Below are positions 54,190 to 64,000 of a DNA stretch of 64,000 nt, piece after piece (within the stretch, counting starts at the first letter, position 1; every line of letters starts with the position of its first letter). The notes beneath the pieces were generated by a model. That model was not told where the DNA came from. It was given only the letters and a program-made list of their open reading frames with translations, and did no database searches. Position numbers and translations under genes: made by a program. The DNA lies in contig CAVQNG010000014.1 in NCBI GenBank assembly GCA_963713825.1, positions 96,001 through 160,000 on the forward strand, written 5' to 3'. This DNA is from an uncultured Acidobacteriota bacterium (GTDB taxonomy: Bacteria > Acidobacteriota > Thermoanaerobaculia > Multivoradales > JAHEKO01).

Positions 54190-57059
54190 TTACTCCTCTG
54201 TCGTCTCGGCGTTGGCTCCGCCCTGCACCGGCGCCTCCGGAAGGAGAATAGCCTGCATCCTATTGTCGCTACTCAGGTACTTCTGGGCCGTCGCTTTGAA
54301 ATTCTCCGGCGTGACCCGCGCCAGTAGAGCGTCATAATCCAGCACCAGCCTGGGGTCCATGCCCCGGGTGTAGTAGGTCCTCAGAACCGAGACCCAGAAG
54401 CCGTTCTCTTTGAGGCTGACCTCACGTCGTCGACGCTGTGCCTCTTGTACTTTCTCGGCGTAGCTCTGGTCGAGGCCGCTCTGCTGAACGATCTCGAGCT
54501 CTTTTTTGACAGCCGTGATCATCTCCTCGACATTCTCCGGAGCACAGCCAAATCCGATCGTAAAGAGGTAGCGCTCCTTGGGCCGATCGACGAGGATGCC
54601 ATTCACTCCGACACCGTAGGTAGCACCCATGTCCTCTCTCAGGACCTCCCGAAGGCGAATCCGCAACGCCGCCGCCAAGGACTGGAGGTCATGCAGATTC
54701 TCTCGACTCCACTCGGCTGGTCCGCGGAGAAGAAGTTGGACTCGGCTCTTGGGCTCGAGTCCACGATGCATGGTGATTTCGAGCTTCCCCTCGACGGGAT
54801 CGGCACCGACATCACGCCAGGTCTCCTGGCGATCGGTGCTGGGAAGTCCGCCCAGGTAGCGCTCGACGAGTGGGCGAACGCCTTCGAGCTCGAAGCTCCC
54901 GACGATGAGAAACGTGAAGTCGCTGGTATCAGCAAAGCGATCTTGGAAGACTTCCAACGCCGTCGCAAGATCGATGTCCTGCAGGACATCGATGGAAATC
55001 GGACGTCTTCGGAGATGACCTCCGTAGGTTACGGTCTGCACTTCGTCACTGAACGCAAGCTCGGGACGGGACTCGCGATTCTCGATGAAGGATTCCATCC
55101 TGGTCATGAAGGCCTGATAGGCGTCTGGGTCGGCCCTGGGAGCTGTTAGCGAAAGGTAGATCAGCTGGAAGAGCGTCTCGAGATCCTGTGGCGATGCGCT
55201 CGCTGAAACACCCTCCTCGAGCTCGCCGATGAAGGGACTGACGCTGACCAGCTTTCCCGCCATGGCCTTCTCCAGCTCGATGGCGTCGAATTCTCCGGCG
55301 CCACCTTCCGCCACCAGGGTGTCGGCGAAAGACCGCGGAGTTGTAATGGGGATCGGGAACAAGAGAATGACCTCCCGGGCTGAATCCCGTCAAGAGCACC
55401 TGATCGTTCTTGAAGTCCGTAGGCTTCAATACGACTCGAATTCCGTTCTCTAGTCGCCATTCGGTGACACCGATCTCCTCGATGCTGCGCTCCTCGACGA
55501 CTGGCGATGCCGTCGGGTTCGTTTTCGAGCAGCGGCTTGTCACGAGTGCGGTCGACGAAGGCCGCCACATCGCGGGCGGCAACGCTCTCGAAGGCGGCAG
55601 CAAGCGCCTGTTCGTCAGGCAGAGTTTGATCTGCCTTCTCGGGTCCGCTCAACAGCACCACTCTGTTGGATTGTTGAATCGCTTTGTCGGCCAGTTCGTT
55701 GAGCTCATCGAGAGAGATCGTCGGCAGAAACTCGCGTACGATCTCGAGCTCCATTTCGATCCCTGGGATGGGCTCTTGCTCGAGAAAATGACGCATGTAC
55801 TCCGCAGCGAGGGAGCCCGATTCACGCTTGTCCCTTTCGACGTAGGCCTGTTCGTACGCTCGTAGGAGATCGGCCTTGAGCCGATCCAGCTCGGTCTGTG
55901 TGAAGCCATGGCGGTCGGCTCGCTCGGCTTCCGTCAAAAGAGCCTCCAGACCGCGGATCACCTGGCCTTCGCGCACACCTGCGGCCTGGATGTAGAAATC
56001 TCTCGATCGGACGATCCCCGCCGAAGCCGACACCCCGTACAGAAACGGCGGGTCGGCCTCCTGGGTCAGCTCGCTGAGCCGGGCATTGACCATGCCGTGA
56101 TAGAGCTGTTCCACCAGCTGGTCTCTGTAATCCCCGACGGTGCCCCGAGTCTGCTTCGGCATCTTCGAGTAGACGCCTACCGAGGTCATGGCGGCCTCCG
56201 GATCAGTAGTGATGGCGAACAAGTCTCCCTCGTGATCCGGTACCGGGTAGGTCTCTCGTGGTCGTACTTCCTCCGGCATCTCGAGGCCCGAGAAGTGCTG
56301 TCGGATGAGCTTCTGAATCGATTCTGGATCGAAGTCACCGACTGCGATGACCGCCATGAGGTCGGGTCGGTACCAGTCTCGGTAGAATCTCCGGAGTGCT
56401 TCGTGCGGTGCAGATTCGAGGATTTCCACCTTGCCGATCGGTAGGCGCTCGGCGTATCTGGAACCCTCGAAGAGGACTGGGAACTGCTTGTCCCGGATGC
56501 GAGCCTCCGCGCCCCGCCCGAGGCGCCACTCCTCGACGACGACACCTCGTTCCTTGTCGATCTCCTCGCCTTCGAAGGCCAAGCCATGGGCCCAGTCTTC
56601 GAGAATCTGAAAGGCAGTCGCCACCGTCTCGACGTCGTCGGTTGGGATCGTCAGGTTGTAAACCGTCTCATCGAAGCTGGTGAAGGCATTGATGTCAGGC
56701 CCGAACGTCATGCCGATGCTCTCGAGGTAGTTCACCAGCTCCTGCTTGGCGAAGTTGCGGGTACCGTTGAATGCCATGTGCTCGACGAAGTGGGCAAGAC
56801 CCTGCTGATCGTCGTCTTCCTGGATGGAGCCAGCATTGACCACGAGCCAGAGCTCGGCACGGTTCTCCGGCTTCTGGTTGGTGCGGATGAGGTAGGTGAG
56901 CCCGTTGTCGAGCTGGCCCTTCACGATCGCGTCTTCGACGCTCAGTACAGTCGAGAGCTCGAGCCCGGGTTCCGGCTGCAGCGCTGGTTCCTGAGCTGAA
57001 GCCAGGCAGGCTGCCAGGATTCCGATGCTCAGTAGGAGGTAGGGTCTTGTGCTTCGCAT
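54190..57059 (-). pseudogene. pqqL: M16 (PqqL-like) zinc peptidase split by two +1 frameshifts (possibly sequencing errors)
   Basis: GLAHFVEHMAFNG (HxxEH); the reading continues through three frames with extra bases at about 55516 and 55329. Confidence 0.8.
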
Positions 57060-57145
57060 GTCGTTGTCCTCGAAAGTCGGTGTTCTGGGCCAGCCGAATG
57101 TGCTGGAGGCCTACTATATCCGTCGCTGGGTGCAATTCAGATGGG

Positions 57146-57171
57146 TGAAACTTTTTGGCTCGGTCTCCGTC
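57146..57171 (+). promoter_or_regulatory. ECF (SigW-like) promoter
   Basis: TGAAAC-16 bp-CGTC, 58 bp upstream of the ATG at 57230. Confidence 0.6.
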
Positions 57172-57229
57172 ATATGGAGTAGTTGACGATTTCGCTGGCA
57201 GTTGAAAGAACCTGAAGGAGAGATCGAAC

Positions 57230-57796
57230 ATGAGACAGAAAGCACTCCGAATCGCAGGCCTTGCATCCGTGCTCCTCCTGGCTGCTGGCGGCGCCATGGC
57301 GGCCGACCTCTGGCTCCACGTCCGAGTTGAAGAGAAAGACGGTGCGACGGTCAAAGTCAACCTGCCTGTCTCCATGCTCGAGAAGGCGGTTGGCATGATC
57401 CCGGAAGAGCACTTCCACGATGGTCGGATCGAGATCGATGACTGGCACACCAGCACGGCCGATCTTCGCGAGCTCTGGTCCGAGCTCAAGAACAGTCCTG
57501 ATATGACTTTCGTGACGGTCCAGGAGGATGACGAGTTCGTCAGGGTCTGGAAGGAATCCGGCTACTTGAAGGTCAATGTTCGAGAGGGCGGAGAGGAAGG
57601 CGAGGGTGGTGACAATGTCGACGTCAGCCTACCCCTGTCGGTGGTCGATGCGCTCCTTTCGGGCGACGACAGCGAGCTGAATATCACCGCCGCCATCGAG
57701 GCCCTGGTCGAAGAGGGCGAGGGCCAGCTGGTTACGGTCAGTGGTGACGACGAGAAGGTCCGGGTCTGGGTCGACCGCGTCGCCGAAGCCGACTAA
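57230..57796 (+). CDS. Exported hypothetical protein
   Basis: Signal peptide AMA; acidic; internal repeat (VKVNLP / VDVSLP, VRVWK / VRVWV); AGGAG RBS. Confidence 0.75.
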   Translation: MRQKALRIAGLASVLLLAAGGAMAADLWLHVRVEEKDGATVKVNLPVSMLEKAVGMIPEEHFHDGRIEIDDWHTSTADLRELWSELKNSPDMTFVTVQEDDEFVRVWKESGYLKVNVREGGEEGEGGDNVDVSLPLSVVDALLSGDDSELNITAAIEALVEEGEGQLVTVSGDDEKVRVWVDRVAEAD

Positions 57797-57817
57797 CGCG
57801 AAGGGAGCTCGAGAATC

Positions 57818-58270
57818 ATGAAGAAATTCCTGACGTTTCTGGCCGCTGGCTTCGCCGTCCTGATTCTCAGCTGGGTGGTGCTCATCGGTGCCGTCTACGC
57901 CTGGGGCGGGGTGATGACCGTACACGTCGAAGACCGCAACGAAGGATTCAATCTCTACCTGCCCGTGCCTGTAGCGGTGGTCGATGCGGCTGTGGCAACC
58001 GGAGGATTGGTCCTGCCCCGCGAAGAGCTGCTCGATATCGATGTCGACCTGGGAGAGTGGGAGCCCATGCTGCGCGGAATTGTCGAGGCCCTGGATGATT
58101 GTCCCGACGTAACGCTGGTCGAGGTCGAGCATGGTTCGGAGCACGTCAGGGTTTACAAAGAGCACGGAGTTCTGAAGATCGACGTCGATGAGGACGACGT
58201 CAGGATTCGTGTCGCGGTGCCTACTCGAGCGGTTGAACGCAACGCGAAGCGGCTGGCGCGCTGGATCTAG
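57818..58270 (+). CDS. Membrane-anchored hypothetical protein related to 57230-57796
   Basis: N-terminal TM; VHVED..LYLPVP, PDVTLVEV..VRVYKE..LKIDV pattern shared with the upstream gene. Confidence 0.7.
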   Translation: MKKFLTFLAAGFAVLILSWVVLIGAVYAWGGVMTVHVEDRNEGFNLYLPVPVAVVDAAVATGGLVLPREELLDIDVDLGEWEPMLRGIVEALDDCPDVTLVEVEHGSEHVRVYKEHGVLKIDVDEDDVRIRVAVPTRAVERNAKRLARWI

Positions 58271-58306
58271 GGCAGCCGACCACCATCCTTGGAGTCCAGT
58301 AGATAC

Positions 58307-58346
58307 TGCCCGATCCGCCTTTTTGGCGGGTCGGGCTTTCCTTTTT
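58307..58346. terminator. Intrinsic terminator
   Basis: GCCCGATCCGCC-TTTTT-GGCGGGTCGGGC then TTTCCTTTTT. Confidence 0.8.
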
Positions 58347-58368
58347 CGAGCTTCGGGTGGGGTCTGGG

Positions 58369-58863
58369 TCAGGATTCCATCAGCTGGCGATAGAGGCTGG
58401 ATTCGCGCTGAAAGAAGCCCTGGGTGTGAAAGCTCTCGCGTAGCTCATACAACTCGTAGTCGAGGTGGTGGCAGACCTCGTGGACGAAAGTGCGGAGAAA
58501 AGTCCGAAAGGCCACGACCTGACGCCGCTGGGCGGTCCGCATCCAGACTGAAAGGCGGGCCCGCTGGCCGGGTGGACCTGGTTCGTAGAGGCCGTGCAGC
58601 TCGCTGCGAGCGGCCCGCGGACGAGTGAGTTGAACAATGACCTCGACTGCCTCGACTTTTAACGATTGGGTCAGTGCATCGGCAAGGGCCTGAGTGGCAG
58701 TGGATACGGCCCTTCGATCTTCTGACCGCAGTGCCTTGTCCAGATTCCGGACGAGCGGTCGCAGCTCTTCGAGACCGGGCAGATCCACCGACTCGATGGC
58801 GTCACTGCGTCGATAGATACGCTGCCTTCCAGCACTCAGTCGGTGATAGTAGGCGTATGGCAC
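58369..58863 (-). CDS. Small zincin-like (HExxH) protein
   Basis: LHGLY, TFVHEVCHHLD, SFHTQGF. Confidence 0.65.
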   Translation of the reverse strand: MPYAYYHRLSAGRQRIYRRSDAIESVDLPGLEELRPLVRNLDKALRSEDRRAVSTATQALADALTQSLKVEAVEVIVQLTRPRAARSELHGLYEPGPPGQRARLSVWMRTAQRRQVVAFRTFLRTFVHEVCHHLDYELYELRESFHTQGFFQRESSLYRQLMES

Positions 58864-58915
58864 GTGTCCCGAATCGCGGAATGGGAGCGCTGGGAGGAAC
58901 TCGAAAGGCGGACCG

Positions 58916-60907
58916 CTACTCGAGACTCGCCTCGATAGCTCCCTTGCGGAGCACCTCGATGATCAGCGTCCGCGTCTCGCCAGCCGAGAGATCGGTCGAG
59001 ACCGTGGTGAGCTTGGATTCTCCATCGACGAGAAGGTAGATCCTCAAGCTTTGAATGTCAGAGGAGATCTTGCGAGTCGTCTCGAACCCTCCCAGCGGTC
59101 GCTTCGGTCGCAGGAGACGGGACTTCTTCTCGTAGCGGAATTGCTCCTTGAGGATCTGTTCCTCGTTGGCGTACAGGGTCAAGACACCATCGGGAACTCG
59201 GCTCGTGAACTGAATGTTGAGAAATACCGCCCCGGCGGTGGTCTCAAGGGGTACTGAATCGACCTGGGCAGCGGCTTCGCCGGGTACATTGCTGCCATCA
59301 GAGGCATCGCCACCGGGCGGCGAATCGGCTGATTGCTGAGACCCGGAGGAGCTGGGTCCTCCGGCGATTGTGGTCGACTGGATTGGCTCCGCTTCTGGAA
59401 CCGGCAGGGCGACCTCATGATCCTCCAGGAGGGCCTGGAGAACCTCCTCTCCCTCCCAGCCCAGGATGGACATACCCACTTGCCGGACCACCGCTCCGGC
59501 GATCTCGGACTGGACTTCCAGGGGCTCTGCGGCCGACCGGTCGAAACTCTCGGACCAGATCTGGATGTCGTCGGCGACCCGCACGAGTCGAGGAGTGATG
59601 CGGACCTGAGGATTGCGAGTCTCCCGATCGTCCCACTGGACGGAACCGAGCACCACATGGGTCGCGCCCAGCCGTTGGCCGATTTGCTGAGTGCCTGTTT
59701 CGGCCTGGGCATGGCGGGCCGCAGTGGCACTGGAGACCACTTGGATATCGTCGAGAGCGGTCAGTTTGCTGGTGATCTCGACCGCCAGGCCAGCGGTCAG
59801 CTCATCGCTACCCGCGCTGCCGAGACTCTTGAACGGAAGAACGGCGATGGTTTCAATGGAGGGTGGCGGTAGGGCGGCGGTCTCCGGTCCTGGCACGATT
59901 GCGGCTTCCCGACCACGCATGAGGACAAGGGCGGCGACAGCGACAAGGGCCACGACTGCCAAGAGAGCCAGCAGCGGCTTGGTTCTGGATTTCGATGGCT
60001 TCTGCTCTGTGACGATGGCGGTTCTCGCCTTGGTTTCGAACATCTGACCGGTCTCGATCTCCCGCTTGAGCTCCTCGAGCTCATTTCGCAGATCAGCGGA
60101 GGACTGGTACCGGCGGGTGACGTCCTTTTCGAGACAGCGTTTGACGATCCTGCCGAGGTGAGGCGGCAGGTCCATCTTCAGATCGGTGACAGGGGGAGGG
60201 CTATCCCGCAAGATGGAACTGATGACCTCAGCCGACGTGGCGCCCTTGAAAGGTCGGCGACCGCTGACCATCTGGTAGAGGACGATGCCGAGAGAGAATA
60301 TGTCGGAGCGGGGATCGGGGCCGGTACCCTTGAGCTGCTCTGGCGCCATATAGGGGACAGTTCCCAGAACGCTGCCCTCTTTGGTCAATGCCTGGGTAGA
60401 AAGGGTGTCGGCCATGTCCTTGTCGGGTTCTTCGAGGAGCTTGGCCAATCCGAAGTCGAGGACCTTCACCCGGCCATCGGCCGTCATCATGATGTTGCCG
60501 GGCTTGAGATCGCGATGAGTGATGCCGCTGGCGTGAGCAGCAGCCAAGGCATCCGTCATCGGAATCGCGATCTCGAAGAAGCGGTCGACCTCCATGCCAC
60601 CCTCGGCGATGATCTCACCGAGTGGCTTGCCCTCGACCAGCTCCATGACCAGGAACGGGATTCCCTCGTGTTCCTCGACGGCGAAGAGGGTGACGATATT
60701 GGGATGATTGAGGCTGGCTACCGTCTTGGCTTCCCGTTCGAACCGCTTCAATCGCTTGGGGTCTGTAGCCATTGCCGCGGGTAGGAACTTGACCGCGACG
60801 TTGCGATTGAGCTTGGTGTCTTCGGCAAGATACACCGTTCCCATACCGCCTTCGCCGAGCTTCTTCAGAATTCGGTAGTGCAGGATGGTCTTGCCGACTT
60901 GACTCAT
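58916..60907 (-). CDS. Ser/Thr protein kinase with TM, TolB-like and C-terminal beta domain
   Basis: Start MSQVGKTILHY; GEGGMG, HRDLKPGN, DFGLAK, GTVPYMAPEQ, TM, IAVLPF. Confidence 0.92.
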   Translation of the reverse strand: MSQVGKTILHYRILKKLGEGGMGTVYLAEDTKLNRNVAVKFLPAAMATDPKRLKRFEREAKTVASLNHPNIVTLFAVEEHEGIPFLVMELVEGKPLGEIIAEGGMEVDRFFEIAIPMTDALAAAHASGITHRDLKPGNIMMTADGRVKVLDFGLAKLLEEPDKDMADTLSTQALTKEGSVLGTVPYMAPEQLKGTGPDPRSDIFSLGIVLYQMVSGRRPFKGATSAEVISSILRDSPPPVTDLKMDLPPHLGRIVKRCLEKDVTRRYQSSADLRNELEELKREIETGQMFETKARTAIVTEQKPSKSRTKPLLALLAVVALVAVAALVLMRGREAAIVPGPETAALPPPSIETIAVLPFKSLGSAGSDELTAGLAVEITSKLTALDDIQVVSSATAARHAQAETGTQQIGQRLGATHVVLGSVQWDDRETRNPQVRITPRLVRVADDIQIWSESFDRSAAEPLEVQSEIAGAVVRQVGMSILGWEGEEVLQALLEDHEVALPVPEAEPIQSTTIAGGPSSSGSQQSADSPPGGDASDGSNVPGEAAAQVDSVPLETTAGAVFLNIQFTSRVPDGVLTLYANEEQILKEQFRYEKKSRLLRPKRPLGGFETTRKISSDIQSLRIYLLVDGESKLTTVSTDLSAGETRTLIIEVLRKGAIEASLE

Positions 60908-61015
60908 TTTCAGGATCGCCTTCTGCTTCCAGTTGGGCGAGTGTAACAATTTTCCGATCCACGTTCTCTTCGTTGTTGGTCGCGACAGGGACGTTTTCGT
61001 ACTAGGATCCGCCGA

Positions 61016-61741
61016 ATGACGCTGAGAATACTCCTGCTGCAGGCCAGGAACGATGACGACCCGATGCGACTCGCCGAGCGGCGCTCGTTTGCGGCAAAGA
61101 CGGGCCTGAGCCTGAACCAGATCGTTCCACACGATCTTCTGGAGGGCCCCCCGGGACTGAGTGCCCTCGAGTCGAATGATGCTCTCATGGTTGGTGGAAG
61201 TGGCGACTACTACGTCTCGAACCAGACGCTGCCCCACTTCGCTGCGCAATTGGAGTTCCTGCAGGAAGTCGTAGAACGCGGCCATCCCATGTTCGCTTCC
61301 TGCTTTGGATTTCAGATCCTGGTTGCGGCCCTGGGTGGCGAAGTGATCTACGACCCGCAAAGCATGGAGGTCGGAACCTACCGTTTGACGGTGTCTGAGG
61401 AGGGCAGAGAAGACCCTCTCATGCAGCGCCTGCCTGATTCGTTCGAGGCGCAGATGGGGCGCAAGGACAGAGCACTTCGGTTGCCGGAGGGGGTCGTGAA
61501 CCTCGCCAGCAGCGAGCGCAATCCGTATCAAGCCCTTCGCGTGCCAGGAAAGCCCATCTGGGCGACCCAGTTCCACCCGGAGCTCGACCTGGAGACCAAC
61601 CTCGAGCGCTTCTTTCGGTACCTGGAGGGTTATGCCGAGGTGCTGTCTCCCGAAGAGCAACGACTCGCTTCCGAGAACTTCCGGGAGAGCCCTCACACCG
61701 AGGCGCTCTTGCCTGGATTCTTGGAACTGGTCTTCGGCTGA
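61016..61741 (+). CDS. Type 1 glutamine amidotransferase (GMP synthase-like, stand-alone)
   Basis: GGSG, SCFGFQ, TQFHPE catalytic triad motifs. Confidence 0.88.
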   Translation: MTLRILLLQARNDDDPMRLAERRSFAAKTGLSLNQIVPHDLLEGPPGLSALESNDALMVGGSGDYYVSNQTLPHFAAQLEFLQEVVERGHPMFASCFGFQILVAALGGEVIYDPQSMEVGTYRLTVSEEGREDPLMQRLPDSFEAQMGRKDRALRLPEGVVNLASSERNPYQALRVPGKPIWATQFHPELDLETNLERFFRYLEGYAEVLSPEEQRLASENFRESPHTEALLPGFLELVFG

Positions 61742-61819
61742 GTTGTCAGCAGGGATTCCAACTGGTCATCAGGACTGCATCAGTATCGCGTCTCAATCGC
61801 TGGCCCAGAAATGACAAAT

Positions 61820-61852
61820 CCCCGTTGCGGGGCTCGATGCTCCGCAACGGGG
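61820..61852. terminator. Hairpin downstream of hup
   Basis: CCCCGTTGCGG ... CCGCAACGGGG. Confidence 0.65.
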
Positions 61853-61897
61853 AATCCTGAACTTGCGTCGGTGCCGATAGAGGCCTATAGAGGCTTC

Positions 61898-62191
61898 TTA
61901 GTCGGCCACCCGGTCCTTCAGACCCTTGCCAGGCTTGAAGAACGGATAGTTCTTGGCAGCGATGGTAATGGTCTGTCCGGTGGCTGGGTTGCGTCCCTGC
62001 CGTGCAGCGCGGTTCTTGGTGCCGAAGGTCCCAAAGCCAGGAATCTGAACCTTGCCGCCGCCATCCAGCTCGATAGCGATGATGCCGGTTCCAGGCTTGG
62101 TGTCGAAGATCATGGAGACAATCTCCAGGGCCTTCGCCTGCGACAGGTCACACTTCTTGGCGAGCTTCTCAGCCATTTCCGTCTTGTTCAT
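61898..62191 (-). CDS. hup: HU DNA-binding protein
   Basis: MNKTE, VQIPGFGTF, RQGRNPATG, FKPGKGLKD. Confidence 0.93.
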   Translation of the reverse strand: MNKTEMAEKLAKKCDLSQAKALEIVSMIFDTKPGTGIIAIELDGGGKVQIPGFGTFGTKNRAARQGRNPATGQTITIAAKNYPFFKPGKGLKDRVAD

Positions 62192-62473
62192 TTCCACTCC
62201 TCAGGTTCTTGATCGGGAAGAGGTCTCTGTCTGAGCCTTTTTCCCCCCAGGTCAAAGATTTGCCGGCATTCTCGATGCCAACGGTGTCCGAGTGACTACT
62301 GTTTTGGTCGATCGACCTCTTACGTTCAAGAGGGTCTCTCAACCCTCGAGTTGGAGCACTGCCGTTCAAGTGAATTCGAAAGTCCTCGTTGGGCGTACTC
62401 CTGATCCTTCGAGATGGCGAGATTCTAGCATGATCCGACTCGAAAAACTCAAGGATTTACTGGATTCTGTTGG

Positions 62474-63154
62474 TCACGAGATCTTGGAGTCCACGATCCT
62501 GCATGCCTGTTCGAGCGTCTTCTTCGGAATATTCGGCACCTGGGCATCGGTTTTCGGATAGCCAACAACGAGAATCAGGTAAGGCTTTTCGTTGGGGGGG
62601 CGGCCTGATATTTCGTTCAGGAATCGCATCGGGGCCGGCGTGTGGGTCAAGCTCGCGAGACCAGCGTGGTGTAGGGCTGTGATCAACATTCCGGTGGCGA
62701 TGCCCACCGACTCGTTCACATAGTAGTGCTTGACCCTGGTGCCATCTGCCTCGAGGCCGTAGAGCTGAGCAAAGATGAGAATCAGATAGGGAGCGGTTTC
62801 GAGAAAGGGCTTCTTGTCGTCAGTGCCGAGCGGTGCGAGGGCTTCCAGCCACTCGTCGGGCGCTCGGCCTGCATAGAAGGTTCGCTCCTCCTCTTCGGCG
62901 GCGACCCGAATCCTCCGTTTGACCTCCGGGTCGCCGATCAACTCGAAGTGCCATGGCTGCCGATTGGCGCCGCTCGGAGCGGACATTGCGATGCGAATGC
63001 AGTCCTCGACGATGTCGCGTGGTACGGCCCTGGAGGAGAAGTGGCGGACAGACCGGCGTCGTCGCATCTCAGCCAGCATCTCGGTCGTACGGTGGCGCAT
63101 CTCGTCGATCGGGTACTCGCGGTAGCCGCTCAGCGGCACGAGTCGTTGCGACAT
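62474..63154 (-). CDS. Nitroreductase family, iodotyrosine deiodinase-like
   Basis: [50 protein letters not shown]. Confidence 0.85.
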   Translation of the reverse strand: MSQRLVPLSGYREYPIDEMRHRTTEMLAEMRRRRSVRHFSSRAVPRDIVEDCIRIAMSAPSGANRQPWHFELIGDPEVKRRIRVAAEEEERTFYAGRAPDEWLEALAPLGTDDKKPFLETAPYLILIFAQLYGLEADGTRVKHYYVNESVGIATGMLITALHHAGLASLTHTPAPMRFLNEISGRPPNEKPYLILVVGYPKTDAQVPNIPKKTLEQACRIVDSKIS

Positions 63155-63230
63155 CAGGGGTTCCTCTCTGGAATCGGTGATCTGAGAATCCGCCCAAGGG
63201 CGGCAGGACCACCACGGTCACGCCAGGCGC

Positions 63231-64000
63231 TCAATGATCCGACGCCGGAGTCTGGTGCAGGTAGATGTCTCTCTTGGGATACGGGATCTCGATACTCTCG
63301 GTGCCGAAGCGCTTGTAGATCTCGGTAATGAGGGCGTCGATCACCCGCCCGCGGAGAACCGGTTCGTGGATCCAGCCGAGCAACTCGACGTCGAGACCCG
63401 ATTCACCAAAGGAACGAAATCGAACTCTCGGCTCCGGGTAGTCGTCGATCGCGTCATGGGAATGAGCCACCTCCATGAGGATCTCCCGGACCCGATCGAC
63501 ATCGCTGCCATAGGCTACCGTCACTGGCACACGGACCCGTTCCTTTTCCGAGGGCCCGCCGCTCTCGTTGGTGATCTTGGCGTTCGCGATGACGGAGTTG
63601 GGCACCGTGATCTCGATGTCGTCCCTGGTCAGCAGACGCGTGCTGCGCAGCCCGATCTGTGAGACTCGACCCCGTTCACCGCTGTCGAGCACGATGAAGT
63701 CCCCGACCTGGTAGGGGGCGTCGGCGACGATGAAGACACCCGCAAACAGGTTGGCAAGGGAGTCCTTCGCCGCGAAACCGACCGCGATGCCCACAATCCC
63801 GGCGCCGGCGAGCCAGGCGCCTACATCGACACCCCAGATCAAGAAAAGGAAGTAGACCGTGCCGCCGGCTACCAGAATCTTGGTGACATTGTTGAACAGA
63901 GGAACGGTTCTGGGTTCAACAGCGGCGAAGCGCCGTTCCATTTGACTGAACAAATCGAGAAGTATGGAACAGCCTTTGAAGGCGAAACCCGCCCAGACAA
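63231..64000 (-). CDS. MscS mechanosensitive channel (5' end beyond the window)
   Basis: GIVGIAVGFAAKDSLANLFAG, PYQVGD, IGLRST, VPNS, IEIPYP; frame open to the window edge. Confidence 0.92.
   Translation of the reverse strand, partial: VWAGFAFKGCSILLDLFSQMERRFAAVEPRTVPLFNNVTKILVAGGTVYFLFLIWGVDVGAWLAGAGIVGIAVGFAAKDSLANLFAGVFIVADAPYQVGDFIVLDSGERGRVSQIGLRSTRLLTRDDIEITVPNSVIANAKITNESGGPSEKERVRVPVTVAYGSDVDRVREILMEVAHSHDAIDDYPEPRVRFRSFGESGLDVELLGWIHEPVLRGRVIDALITEIYKRFGTESIEIPYPKRDIYLHQTPASDH

Noticed and set aside
60908-61696. N-terminal 263-aa extension of the kinase in the ORF track (926 aa)
   Set aside because: It is antisense to the well-supported glutamine amidotransferase; the kinase starts at MSQVGKT like its paralog.

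Overview
High-GC bacterial chromosomal window. The gene content (three Hanks-type Ser/Thr kinases, DUF4388, DUF5916, DUF4097, an FZL-like dynamin) suggests Acidobacteriota or a similar lineage; this is inference. All family calls come from motif recognition, not database searches. Left part (1-17.3 kb) is accessory: an ECF sigma plus kinase-nSTAND1 pair, two paralogous secreted beta-helix proteins and DoxX. These are followed by a decayed tandem island array at tRNA-Arg(TCG), with two partial tRNA copies at 15426 and 6537, carrying an RND pump, a kinase between two IS remnants, an MNT/HEPN toxin-antitoxin pair and a repA fragment. The rest is mostly core-like: acyl-CoA dehydrogenase, dynamin, NUDIX, osmC, iaaA, an MrfA-type helicase-exonuclease fusion, rocD, fabI, imuA-imuB-dnaE2, gcvP, an M16 peptidase with two +1 frameshifts, HU, an IYD-like nitroreductase and mscS. 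Most notable: (1) four copies of a stop-free, heptamer-built, quasi-palindromic element inserted in frame inside dnaE2; (2) a coupled asparagine-synthase-like ATPase and RaSEA-like radical SAM gene pair of unknown function; (3) the tRNA att array, one copy with a 47-nt T-loop insertion; (4) a candidate structured ncRNA at 35209-35371. No CRISPR array or rRNA was seen.
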